From Carcharhinus longimanus (lineage: Eukaryota), in contig JASCQW010000132.1 of assembly GCA_030264375.1 (NCBI GenBank), positions 36,977,329-37,041,328 of the forward strand: a stretch of 64,000 bases of DNA, written 5' to 3'. Each line of letters starts with the position of its first letter. Positions within the stretch are counted from its first letter, which is position 1. Shown one piece after another: positions 24,481-35,900 of the stretch. Below the pieces are notes generated by a model, which did not search any database, had not been told where the DNA came from, and saw only the letters and a list, made by a program, of their open reading frames with translations. The translations under genes and the position numbers were made by a program.

Positions 24481-25321
24481 GTGATTCTCTCAAAGAATTA
24501 TCATGTGCCAAGGTATATTCAACAGGCATCAGCAACTTTCCACTAACTCACTTAGGTTGTCATTTTTCAAGTGAATCTCAATAGCGCCAAATTATTTGAC
24601 AACAAAAAACACTATAACCTTGATCCAATCTTCAGCTTACGCTCACACACGGATTCACAACAGGCAAACTCATAGGACAGCTTTTCAATAAAACTAGTTT
24701 TGTTCTCACCATGGACAGCTGCTGCAGAAATTTACATCAGTTAACTCTGAGGAATCAAACTTTTTAAACCATGCACAGCATTTACTCACTAAACTAGCAA
24801 AAAAATCACCCATTTCTTTCAACCAGATCCCCAGTAGTAATATCCTATTTGATGAAACTATAAGTATGGTATCTATGACTTGCTTCTCAAAAAATCAGTT
24901 TAATGCTCTTATTAAAATAGACCTGGGCCTGTTGCCATTTCACAGGCAATTCTGCACTGAATGGCAGTAGACAGGATTTCCATCTGCCCTTGGATGGAAG
25001 GCCCATCTTGGAGTGCTGCCAGCCAGATTGGCTGACATCTTCCCCAATCCCAACGCTGCAGTTGTCACAAAAGTGACTGCGGCACCCTGCCTGAGGTTAA
25101 GCCTTGGGACTGTGCTTCAGGCAAGAACCAGGGATCACGGGGAAAGGGGGATGCTCTCAGTGTCAGGGAATGGGGAGAGCACCCAGATCCCCGAGGAGAG
25201 GGCATCCCAAATCTGAAGGGGCTGTCACCATTCCCCCCAGTCCCTCCTGTCCTAGATCAAGATTGTTAACTTTTTTCTATTCAGCATTCTGATCTCAAAT
25301 CGATGCCCACCAGCCTAAAAG

Positions 25322-25460
25322 TCAGCTCTGACAAAGGGTCATCCAGCCTCAAAACGTTGACTCTATTCACTCCCAACAGATATTGCCTGACCTTCTGAGA
25401 TTTTCCAGCATTTTTGGTTTTTGTGTTTCTGATTCCAACATCGGCAATATTTTGCCTTTA
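25322..25460 (+). repeat. Penelope-like terminal repeat fragment with decayed hammerhead motif, apparently nested in a MITE-like element (about 24970-25605)
   Basis: ctgacaaagggtcatccagcctcaaaacgttgactc followed by the same arm as 18890-18950 (gattttccagcatttttggtttttg). Confidence 0.6.
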
Positions 25461-25719
25461 AAAAAGGAAGCTGGATAGGAAAAGACTTCAAGTGAGGGTC
25501 TTAACAGAGGCATGGGCCAGTTTCCAATTCAAAGCCCCATCTACCCTACCATGAAATTGCACCTAGATCAGGGTGGATGGGATCCCAGAGGGAATCCTAT
25601 CCATTGAATTTTTTTAAACTGCCTCTTTTTTTAAAAAATCGGTGAAATACATAGGAATGTGCAATGTACCATGCCATACACTTGTATTAAAACTCTCCTG
25701 ATAAAATAGCAAGTAAATT

Positions 25720-25915
25720 ACATAGAAACATAGAAGACAGGAGCAGGAGGCCGCCATTTGGCCCTTTGAGCCTGTTCTGCCATTCATTACGACCATGGCT
25801 GATCATCTAACTCCATAGCCTAATCCTGCTTTTTCCACCACCCCCAAAAAACCTTTCAGCCTATTCATTCCAAGTGCTATATCCAGCCGCCTTTTGAATA
25901 CATTAAACGTTTTGG
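25720..25915 (-). mobile_element. CR1 3' end fragment
   Basis: catagaaacatagaagacaggagcaggaggccgccatttggccctttgagcctgttctgccattca is the reverse of the CR1 tail seen at 19920-19990. Confidence 0.7.
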
Positions 25916-26741
25916 TTGCAACTGCAGATTACTATTATTGTTCAGATGCAAAATGAAAATCAAGCATATCACCAAAGACAAAAATGCTCAATTAGAAGAG
26001 ACTAGTTCTTAAATTTAGATTAAATCCAAACCACATATTGCTACAAATCAGCATACACAGAAGCATAAATAGAAATTATTTCATATATAATCAGCCACTA
26101 GATGGAGTCTGCTTTTCAAAATATTTAATATTTGCTTTTCAGAGTAAATAAGAAAAGATTGCTGTGGGAACAAATAAACCACGTGTAACAACAGATCATT
26201 CACTTTTTTGTATTGCTTTTATCAGATATTAGACCCAATGTCACTTAGCTTTCTATAAAACAGCAAATGTTACCCAAGTATCATGACATATGTCTTTGAT
26301 TGGATATATGCAATCTCTTAAAGTGAATGTGATCTTGCTAGCAGATAGCATATCAACAGAATATCCTTCTGTAGTTGTTTCCAACAAACGTTCAAATTCT
26401 GAATTACTTTTTTTTACAAAAACGATTACAACTAAGATTCATGCTAACTGATTAACTAATTACAAAATCGTTTCATTAAAAATTTCAAACTAAAAATACT
26501 AAAGGTAACAAAATAGACTAAATGCCTTTCATATTTTCTTTCTAACGTAGCATTTGAGTCCAACTAAAAATAGTTGTGCCTACAGACAAAACAGTGCTTT
26601 TTCCCCTATTTAATAACAGGATGGCCTCATGCTGTACAATAGTCACACAATTATCACTAAACACACCATTTGTAACACGCAAAAATATATAAAATCATCA
26701 ACATAAGACAATTTAGCTTATTAAAATGTAAAGCGACTTAC

Positions 26742-26796
26742 CTCCGTTGTCAGTCCTCTTGAGAGCGCCATCCTTATGAGGGCAAAGTTCACATTT
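26742..26796 (-). CDS. MLLT10: MLLT10 third coding exon, 55 nt (Zn knuckle of PZP)
   Basis: Not in the ORF track; read by hand as KCELCPHKDGALKRTDNG(G). Acceptor TTCTTTCTTCCAAG|, donor G|GTAAGT. Phase 0 to 1. Confidence 0.93.
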
Positions 26797-28157
26797 CTTG
26801 GAAGAAAGAAAGATATAAAAATAAACAAGTACTCTACACCACCTAAACGACTGGTGCTCACTGCCAAGCTGCACTGTCGCTAGAATTAATCACAATCAAT
26901 TAAGTCACCTAGTATCTGTCATTTATTGAAATCGGTTTCGATTCAAACGCCCAACCTCGTAGACTTCAATAAGATTCCACTCTATATGCATAGCGTCGTA
27001 AATTAGCATGCTCCACTTATTTTACCCCCAACTGCGCCGAAAATGTCACTTGCTCTAGCCTTTCTACTCTGAAATAACATTGTTGTGCATAGGTCTGTGG
27101 GGCATACGCAAATACCTCTAAGAGTAGCACAAAAAGTAAAATTTTCATTAGTCTGCCATTTGCTAATACACCAATGTCAGATACATTTATTCCGCCCACC
27201 CCCCACCATACACAAGCAATAAGCGGAGTCGTTTGCATAGAGACGCAAACAAGCATTCACACTTCTGCAACTTCGGGGCAATCGAAACTCAACCAGCTAA
27301 AAATATTTTAAAAATCGCTTCTGTATTTCAGCTCACGGCTGAAAATGTGAAGTCCTTGTTTTACTCATTAAATACTAATATAGCAGCAGCGCAAGTGAAC
27401 CGCCACCCCAAAAAACGTACTAAGACGGCGATCCTTTGGTTTTGAAAAACAAATCCCTCTTGTAGCTCGGCTAAATGAATGTCGTTGAGGCGCTGCCCTA
27501 CATACTGCAAATAGCAGCACTTCACACAGTCTTCCGCATATTTTATTTTCGTCACTTTGGGAGGCCGCTGATCATGCAGTGAAAGCACGCAATGATGACG
27601 GTTCTGTGCGCCCATCGTGATTGCTCCACCAATCGACACCAGGCAACTAGGGAATTAAAAAAAATCCCTATTCTCTGCGAAACCGGCACGTGAGCCATAA
27701 TAAAAGGGGGAAGGGAAGAGAAGAAATCGCATCCAGCCATCTCAACAGCTTTGTTATGGCAGTGACTATCATTTTATCCCAGCGCCTTACAATCTGTGGC
27801 ACAAAATTTTGAATCTTTGACTACACAACTCTTCAAATCGACATTATACTGCTATAGAAAATTAGAACAACGTCCATTTTAAATTTTTTTTAAAAAAACT
27901 AACAATCACTGCCAAGAACAATAAAATACGAAGTACTGCAATTCTGCAGTTTTGGAATGAACATTTCCATTTAACCGGATTTCCACAAACTGGAGTTATG
28001 AAAGGATTAATCACAAATATTCATTTTGAAACTACAAAGACCACAATATCAGGTTATCTTTGCTGGGAGTTCATCAGCAGCAGTTTGGAGTTGCGGTTAA
28101 ACCGGAGATAAAACACTTCCAGGGCCAAAAAAGGGTACCAGAAAGTCGTAGACTCAC

Positions 28158-28237
28158 CACTCGAGCGGCTCTCTCCTGCGATTCACATTTTCGACAAAAC
28201 CACGGTCCAGTGGGTACTTGCACAATCCCATAACATG
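28158..28237 (-). CDS. MLLT10: MLLT10 second coding exon, 80 nt (PHD1)
   Basis: (A)CYGIVQVPTGPWFCRKCESQERAARV. Acceptor TTGCAG|, donor GTG|GTGAGT. Phase 1 to 0, matching the neighbouring exons. Confidence 0.95.
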
Positions 28238-29569
28238 CTGCAATTAGGGAGGAAGAAAGCAATCAATTTCCAACTTTCTATTATTTACGCAACACTAAAA
28301 GCAGCAAACGCTAACCATGTGGCAGATGTTGGAGTTTATTTTTATTGTAAAGCATTTGTGTATCTCTGGTGTAAAAATGCACGTATATACACACACAAAT
28401 ATCAATTCATATATTGAACGGTGCCTATATAATTACTATATATTTTGTACAGTCTATAGTAAAAACTGTCACGTCATGCAACCCTGTAGAAAATTACCTT
28501 ACTTCCTGTGGCATTTAAAGACAGAAACCCATGCACCAATTATTTTTATCAAAATCCCAAGCATCAACTTATCAGTCTGTAATTAACCACGCAAATTACA
28601 CAAAATAATTGATTAAAACTGGTTTATAAAAATGCTGTATTACTCCAGAGTAAGATTTCAAACATTTTTAAAATAAATTACCAAAATTGTACTATGTTCA
28701 GTAATTATTTTTCCTTTGTCTTTTAAGGCCTTTTTTGTTCTTGCGGGTTACCTGAATGCCTCCACTTCCACCAAAAGACTGGGTGGGCTCAGACATCATT
28801 TTTGTTCACAAACAGACTATATTAGTTTAAGTTCAGACTAGTGAATCTGCCATTTGTATTGTGCACAATTTCACAGAGTGCATCAACAGCTAATTTAGAC
28901 AAAAATGCAATGTTTATCTGCCAGCATCTAACAATCTACTCGAGTCTTTTTCTTTTAGTTGTTTGAAGAGAAAGTAAAAAATAAGTTTGACAAATTTCAA
29001 ACATTGTGTTCAAGAAAAATCTATATTTATAATCTAGATTTTAATTTAAAACAGAGTAGAAGGAAGAAATTGCAGATTTATTGATTACACACCTGTTGTA
29101 TTTTTAATTAATGATGAAATTATACAGACTACAGACATTTCAAAAGGTACTAAGAGACTTTCCTCATTTTAATTGACCTGGATTTTTTTTACCCAAGACA
29201 TACAGTTGAATTTTGAAATTGAATAGCTTATTACTTTTAAGCATTGAAAAATATGAACCATCTAATTACAAACACTTGTGGGAGAGAAACACTGTTGCTT
29301 TAACTTAGCTTAATAATTCAAGTTTTTAATTACCAGATCACTTGCTTGCTGGTAGTTAGAAAGTATATATTTTTTCTAATAATTGACAACTGTTCAAGAA
29401 AAACAAATAGTAACACTTCCCAGAACCAAATGACAATGCCGTTACGTTTAAAGTGGTCTATGTTATACCAGTGCTACCAATTTTGAGACACCAAGACCCA
29501 TCAGGCAAATATCCTCCTCTACTGGATGACAGCGACAGAAATATGCAGTCAACCGGATCACAAATTCCA

Positions 29570-31500
29570 CTATTAGACACAATGCTTCCTCACACATACT
29601 AAACATCTCCCACACAATATATCAACAGAAATGTACATAACATACATTTGAATGTTTAAATATCAACACATATGGATTAATATACACGCAAACATCCACA
29701 CATTTGTATGCAGACTAATATTTGCATGCGCACATAGACATTTATGCACATACAAGCAGACATAATATATACATATCTATATATGAATGCATATGTCAAG
29801 ATAGTAACAATGTTTATATACACAATTATACAAATGTACACATATATAAACAGATGTTCACACATACACAAACAGAACTGCAAATACGTACATGAACAGA
29901 CATACAGCCATATGCAGAGACGTGCAAATACACACAAATCATATACAGTGTACAGATATGTGTGTACATATACACACCTCTATTTAGCAGTCCAGAGACA
30001 AAGATGTGTACTATATACACGTGAACTTACCTGCAAACATGTGCACATGCAAGCACATATTCACATACATGTCTGTACACAAAGTTATATTAACAGTTTC
30101 ACACTTACACAGATCACATGCATGTGCAGATAGTTACATATATACACAAATACAAGTAGATACATATACATACAGACGAACCACACGCGCAAACCAACAT
30201 ACATATTATACTCAGCCGCGATTTTTTGTATACACATACACACACACACACATCTTGCATTTATATAATGCCTACTACATAGTAAAACAATCCATTTGAC
30301 AGAAATATTAGAAAAACACACATTATGGTGCAAATGAAAACATGAATAGAGACACAAAAATGCTGTACATCCACTGCAGAGAGAAGCCATTTATACATGC
30401 AAATACTCACAGGTTAAAGCATGCATACATGCAAACTTTGCAACAAACACACACAGCATACAATGCATGTGCATATACAGACACGTGAATACAAACATAA
30501 GTCACTAAGTATACCATCATGCATGTATGTGGCTGTGCATATGTATATGTGTATCTATATGCAGATGTGTATGTGCGCATTCTATGTACACATGTTCACC
30601 CATGTCTTCATGTATGCAATTATATATATTTATACATAAAAATATGTATACTATAGAAAATCTACAGTACAGAAGGGGGCCATTCAGCCCATCAGGTCTG
30701 CACCAACTCGCTGATAGAGCAATCCTGTGCATTTACCATCTTGGAACACTAAGGTTCATTCAATCTAAACTGCACATCTTTGGACTGTAGAAGGAAACCA
30801 GAGCACCCAAATGAAAACTGCGCAGGCACAGGAGAAAATGTAACCTCCACACAATCACCCAAGCCTGGAAGCAAACCCTGGTCCACTATGCCACCATACA
30901 AATATGTGCACACATATTTATAGGCATATATATTATACAAATATACGTATGCAAGTATGTACATACACAATATGCACGTGCACACATATATAGGTATATG
31001 CATACATTTGAATACACATCCACAGATGTATATACGTGTATCTGCACAACATTTACATAGAGATGTGCATATACACACATGACTACAACTCGATCCACAT
31101 ACATGCATCCACATATATATCCATGTATGCCTTGGCACAATGCATTTTTACATAGATATACATGCCCATGAAGATTCAAGTATTACACACATCTACATAC
31201 ACGTGCAGACTTAAACAGACTCGCACCAAGGCAGAGCACATGCAGGCACATACACGCCATTCACAGGCTACATATAAAACACAAAACACCCATCGATACT
31301 GTGCAGATACATGTACACACATGTGCAAACACATATCTAGAGATACATATAAATACATTGTAAATACACACAAGGACATTCACAGAAATTTGGAACATAG
31401 AAATAGGAATCGGCTATTCAACCCCTCAAACCTTCAACTAGACGGACACAAACACCTGCACGATTATTGTTACATTCACAGACACAAATACATCAATTCC
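29570..31500. repeat. About 1.9 kb degenerate purine-pyrimidine simple repeat (CA/TA/CATA-rich) in an MLLT10 intron, interrupted by a SINE
   Basis: Continuous acac/atac/atgc/tata motifs. These generate the spurious His/Thr/Tyr/Cys/Val-rich ORFs at 29677-31503. Confidence 0.85.
30655..30896 (-). mobile_element. HE1-like V-SINE with CR1-type tail
   Basis: ctgcacatctttggactgtagaaggaaaccagagcaccc...acctccacaca...ccactatgccacc. The tail tagaaaatctacagtacagaagggggccattcagcccatc resembles a reverse CR1 3' end. Confidence 0.75.
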
Positions 31501-31858
31501 TAATTATATTCCATCATTCCAATTAAACGCAAGAAATTATCAAGTCACGACATGGAATCTAGGAAGTTAGGCATCACCTCATCAAATGGGACGTTTCATA
31601 CACAGGAGAAAACACTGATCCGCCACTTAAAACAATTCTGACTTAAGCACGGACGACATCGCATAAACCATCAAGTTCTTTTTAAATGAATAACGTACAG
31701 ATCTCAGACCTTCCCAGGCCTAAAAACTGATGCGGAGTTGAAGGAGAAAGTCTGGACGGGGGCCGAGGCCTCCACGCCGAGGCGGAGGTGTTTCCTTGCG
31801 CTCAACTTTTTACACGTATATAAGTTGTACACACATACATACACACATTTGTTTTTAC

Positions 31859-32003
31859 CTTGATGAACAGCAACATTACAACCGTGTCCGTCACAGTAAA
31901 CCAGGGGGTTTTCAGCCCAGCCTCTCTCGTCTGAGCAAACGCAACAGCCGCCAATCATCTCCTTCATATTTGAAAAGTCAGCCGGAAGTCCACTTGAAAC
32001 CAT
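31859..32003 (-). CDS. MLLT10: MLLT10 (AF10) first coding exon, 145 nt: N-terminus and start of PHD1 of the PZP domain
   Basis: Translates MVSSGLPADFSNMKEMIGGCCVCSDERGWAENPLVYCDGHGCNVAVHQ, nearly identical to the AF10 N-terminus. Acceptor AG (plus-strand ct 32004-32005) lies directly before the ATG, preceded by a long polypyrimidine tract. Donor G|GTAAAA at 31858, phase 1. Confidence 0.95.
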
Positions 32004-32209
32004 CTACGAGTAGGGGAGAAAAGAGGGGAAAAGGGATAGGAGAGAGGTGGGTGGGGGAAAGAGATGGAAGGGGGAGGGGGGGGAAGAAGCTTGTTTTTAA
32101 ATTCACGTCCCACATTGCTGTAAACCCATGTTGACGCGACGGAGGTTGTGTGTGTGCGTGAATGTGTGCGCGTGCCTGCGAGATGGGGGGGGGGGGGGGG
32201 GGGAAACAC

Positions 32210-32499
32210 NNNNNNNNNNNNNNNNNNNNNNNNNNNNNNNNNNNNNNNNNNNNNNNNNNNNNNNNNNNNNNNNNNNNNNNNNNNNNNNNNNNNNNNNNNN
32301 NNNNNNNNNNNNNNNNNNNNNNNNNNNNNNNNNNNNNNNNNNNNNNNNNNNNNNNNNNNNNNNNNNNNNNNNNNNNNNNNNNNNNNNNNNNNNNNNNNNN
32401 NNNNNNNNNNNNNNNNNNNNNNNNNNNNNNNNNNNNNNNNNNNNNNNNNNNNNNNNNNNNNNNNNNNNNNNNNNNNNNNNNNNNNNNNNNNNNNNNNNN
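32210..32499. other. Assembly gap likely hiding MLLT10 non-coding exon 1. Other gaps: 16935-17229, 19819-19918, 24153-24252, 39710-39752, 48997-49090, 50860-51017, 61504-61852
   Basis: Runs of N. This gap lies between the acceptor of the ATG exon and the promoter motifs, and is flanked by a poly-G run. Confidence 0.8.
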
Positions 32500-32900
32500 A
32501 TTGCAGGAGGAAGGGGTGGTAGATCTCCGTATTGATTGACAGCCCGCGAGGGCGGAGGCTTGGCATGATTGACAGCTCTTTGGCCAATTGGCTCTGGCTA
32601 TTAGAAGCTCGCCCACCAATAGGCTTGCTCCCCTTTAGCAGTTCGATCAGCCCATTCCAGGACGCACTCCGGGGTCCTTTTTTAAAAAAAATCTTTAAAA
32701 AGTGAAATGGGGATTTCAGCTTCCGGTTCTGCTGCTTGCTTGCTTGCTGCTGCTTTTTTTTAATTCTTTCCTCCTCCTCCTCCTCGTGCGGCCATTGATG
32801 GACTAAATGGGCATTGTGGGTATATAAAATGAGCCAAAGCCGGAACGAGCGGAGGTTAAAGGTGACTCACTCAACCTACCCTTACCCACGTGAATCAGAC
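32500..32900. promoter_or_regulatory. Probable MLLT10 promoter, possibly bidirectional
   Basis: TGATTGACAG at 32533-32542 and 32566-32575, GC box GGGCGG at about 32550, CCAAT at 32584 and 32616, ETS-like CTTCCGG at about 32720, GCGGCCATT at about 32788, TATATAAAA at 32821. CpG-rich and immediately upstream of the gap likely to hide non-coding exon 1. Confidence 0.65.
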
Positions 32901-35900
32901 TAAGTAGTTGCAGATCCCAACATTTGAGTTGCAGAGCGTAGCAGAGAGAGGAGGGGTGGGGGTATCTGCAAAGTTACAGTTTAATTTTTACTTTCTTTTC
33001 CTCTCAAATATACAGATTATATAAATGATTCTGCTACAGCTTTTGAACTTTAAATATCCCCGGAAATGCAGCTCAAAGAGTTATATATTTAAAAAATTAT
33101 TCATTTTTGAGGTAATCACTGTTCACGGTAGGTTCGTTAAATCTGCAAAAAGCGCGCTGCAAGCTACAGTTAAAATATAGCCTTGTTGACCTGCTTGATA
33201 AGGAGAGTCAAAATGCAAAGCTATCAAGCTAATTGGATATTTTGTTTTGCAATTTGAATTTACTTTAGACGCAAAGCGCTTTTAAATAAAGGGGCGATAT
33301 TGCTAAAAATGGAGAGAACCGCTGGCACTGGAATTTCTCAATGCATGCACTGCTGATTGCAAACATTACTTTTTTAAAAAATCTTCACTGAAAAGTCTAC
33401 ATTTTTCCCGGTATTTTTCCGGAAATCTTTGCATTAAAAAGTTTCAGTCAACTGTGTTGCGTTAATCCTTCCTTGTCACCAGAGTTAAAATGTTGAAATT
33501 TACATTGGACGCAGTGTTGCAAATTCCTTTTTGTAAAATAATATGCATAAAGTCAGCAAAATACATGCACACTGAAATTTGCAGACCCTGGTAATCCTTT
33601 ATATATGTTAGGTTTTTCGCTATAAAATCTCTTGGACCGCTGCAAATATTACTTATGATATGTATAGTTAGAGATTAAAAGGGAATACCGCGTCGCTTTA
33701 AGACGTTGAATTCACATTTATGCGGGAAACCTCAGATGTGCTTTGTCTGCGCGCTTGGACATTTTGTGCGTCCAACTTTATTCTGATTGAAAACATCCAA
33801 AGTGAAATTTATCTTCAATTTAGATATTTGCTGCTTAAAACATATTACGCCGCTGTGGATTAGAAATGTACGAGCGATTTTCGAGATCGAGAATGAATTC
33901 CCTTTGTTTCTGCCTTGCTGCCCACGGAACCCAACAACGGCATGCTTGGAAATGGCTTACCTTCTGTGCTTTAAAATCGACAAAAGTGTTTCCATGCATA
34001 TTAGATCTCAGAAGCTCTTCAGCGGTCGCTATAAATATAGCAATCGGTATTTAATGCAGTATATATTTTCCTAATCCTGTTGTTTCTTTAAGGGCTGCCT
34101 TGCCGAGCACGTTGTTGCAGTAAGTAGACCCCCGCCTTCTGAATCGGTTACGTTACGACCCTCTAGTCCATCCTAATTCTGCTGCTGCCAGTCGAATTGA
34201 ATGCCGAACTTTCAAAGGAAGTGGCCTACAACTCCAGTAACAGCCCAGAAAAAATAAATATTTTCTTCAATATGTACTTTTGCTTATGTATCTTTGAGCA
34301 CTGCAGTTGTTTAAATTTGATTTCAGTCAATGCGTTTTAAGCACAAGTAAAGAAAATGAAATCGCAAAAGGCACTGCCCTCAAGTCCCAATAATATTGTT
34401 GCAAAAACTGTTTTCCTAGTTTTGAAAGAAATCGTCTTGTTTATGTTTCTTATGAGGCGCAATGAACAGACTGCATTCAAAAACCTCAATAAAGTTTAAA
34501 TTCTGCACGGAATTGTGAATTCAACTAGGAAGAAGTAAATTCTACTTCCAAGTAAATATTCAGTGAAACTGTGGAAATGGTTCGCACTGCTTTATCACAA
34601 CCTACTAACACTAGAAATCATTTCATATTTTCATCAGAAATATGTACAATATCTGTATAAGCACATGACAGGTTTAGAAAGAAGGTTGAAATTAGTTTAG
34701 TCATGGACACCGGGCTTTGCTTTTGTATGTTGCTAATCGTTGGTTATTGCATAGCCACAAAGTAATTGTACTTTAAATTACGCGATCTAAAAATCCTATA
34801 ACACGTGAATTTTATAACCTGATTGGAATTTTAAACGATGCCTATCATCACCAGCTAAGTCTTTACGATGCAACTAATAGTGATATAATTTCAACCTTTA
34901 TTCTTTCAGTTAACATAGCAAAATTGCATAACCCCTAGTGTCTTGTAAGTACCTTTTTTAAAAATTAGCTCATATATTAAGGTTCACGTAAGTATTGACA
35001 ACTAACAGCTATCTGATTGTGTCCCCTAACTTGATTGGTTTCTGAAACGATATTTCAGTTTTTAAATAGACAACACAGGAAAGTTCATCTCTCAACAAAC
35101 TATAACACTCTTTGAAACACTACCTCTTCTTGCCATCTGACTGGAGTTAACCATTTCTTACATAATTTAACCGATTTGTATGACTTTCAGAATTTGATGC
35201 AAGCTGAAATCGTGAAACTTGCGTAGGTAGATTTTTTTTCATGATCACTTGGTTCACCAGAAAACTCTGAATTCCTACTCTATTCCTCTTGGTACCTATT
35301 ACTTGAATGTTGATACTTGTGAGAGACGAGTATAGTTCCCTTTAGCTGCTTTTTCTTGCTTAACCATTATCAGTAAGAAAGGGCGTCCTTTCTTTTTAGC
35401 AGAATGCACACTCTTATGGTCTGTCGAGAACAAAGCCTCCCCAGCCCCCCTTTTGCATGTTCAATGCTTTGCAAATTTAGAAAGGCTGCATTGAGTTCGG
35501 GATAGGTCAGGGGGCAGGAGAGGGGTAGAAAGGTCAACACATTTTGATTATGGGTCAGTAGACAATTGGCATACAGTCTATATGCAAGTAAAATAGAACA
35601 AATTCCTGATGGAAATCCATCCTGGATGGTTCAAGTCGCAGTTAACATTTATTTTTCGACTAACTAAAATTTTCTTTTTGATGTGCTTTAAAGGGGGAAA
35701 AAACATTGAATATGTGATGAATTTTCAGAAAAACCAAACAGTATGTAAATATTCTAGGCAGCTGCTACATTTATAAAGTGACTTTTTGCACTGCTTAAAA
35801 TTTATCACACCACACGCAGTAAGGCTTGTTGTTTATGTTGCAGTATACCATTCAGGCAAACACAATTCAACACTTTATAAGTAAATAGGATTGGTAAAAA

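Noticed and set aside
29677-31503. Numerous 64-129 aa ORFs rich in His/Thr/Tyr/Cys/Val on both strands
   Set aside because: They are translations of the CA/TA simple-repeat tract, with no domain or splice support.
31964-32619. Long ORFs (207 and 213 aa), and similar ORFs at 16837-17324, 50810-51093 and 61462-62094
   Set aside because: They are open only because they run through N gaps.
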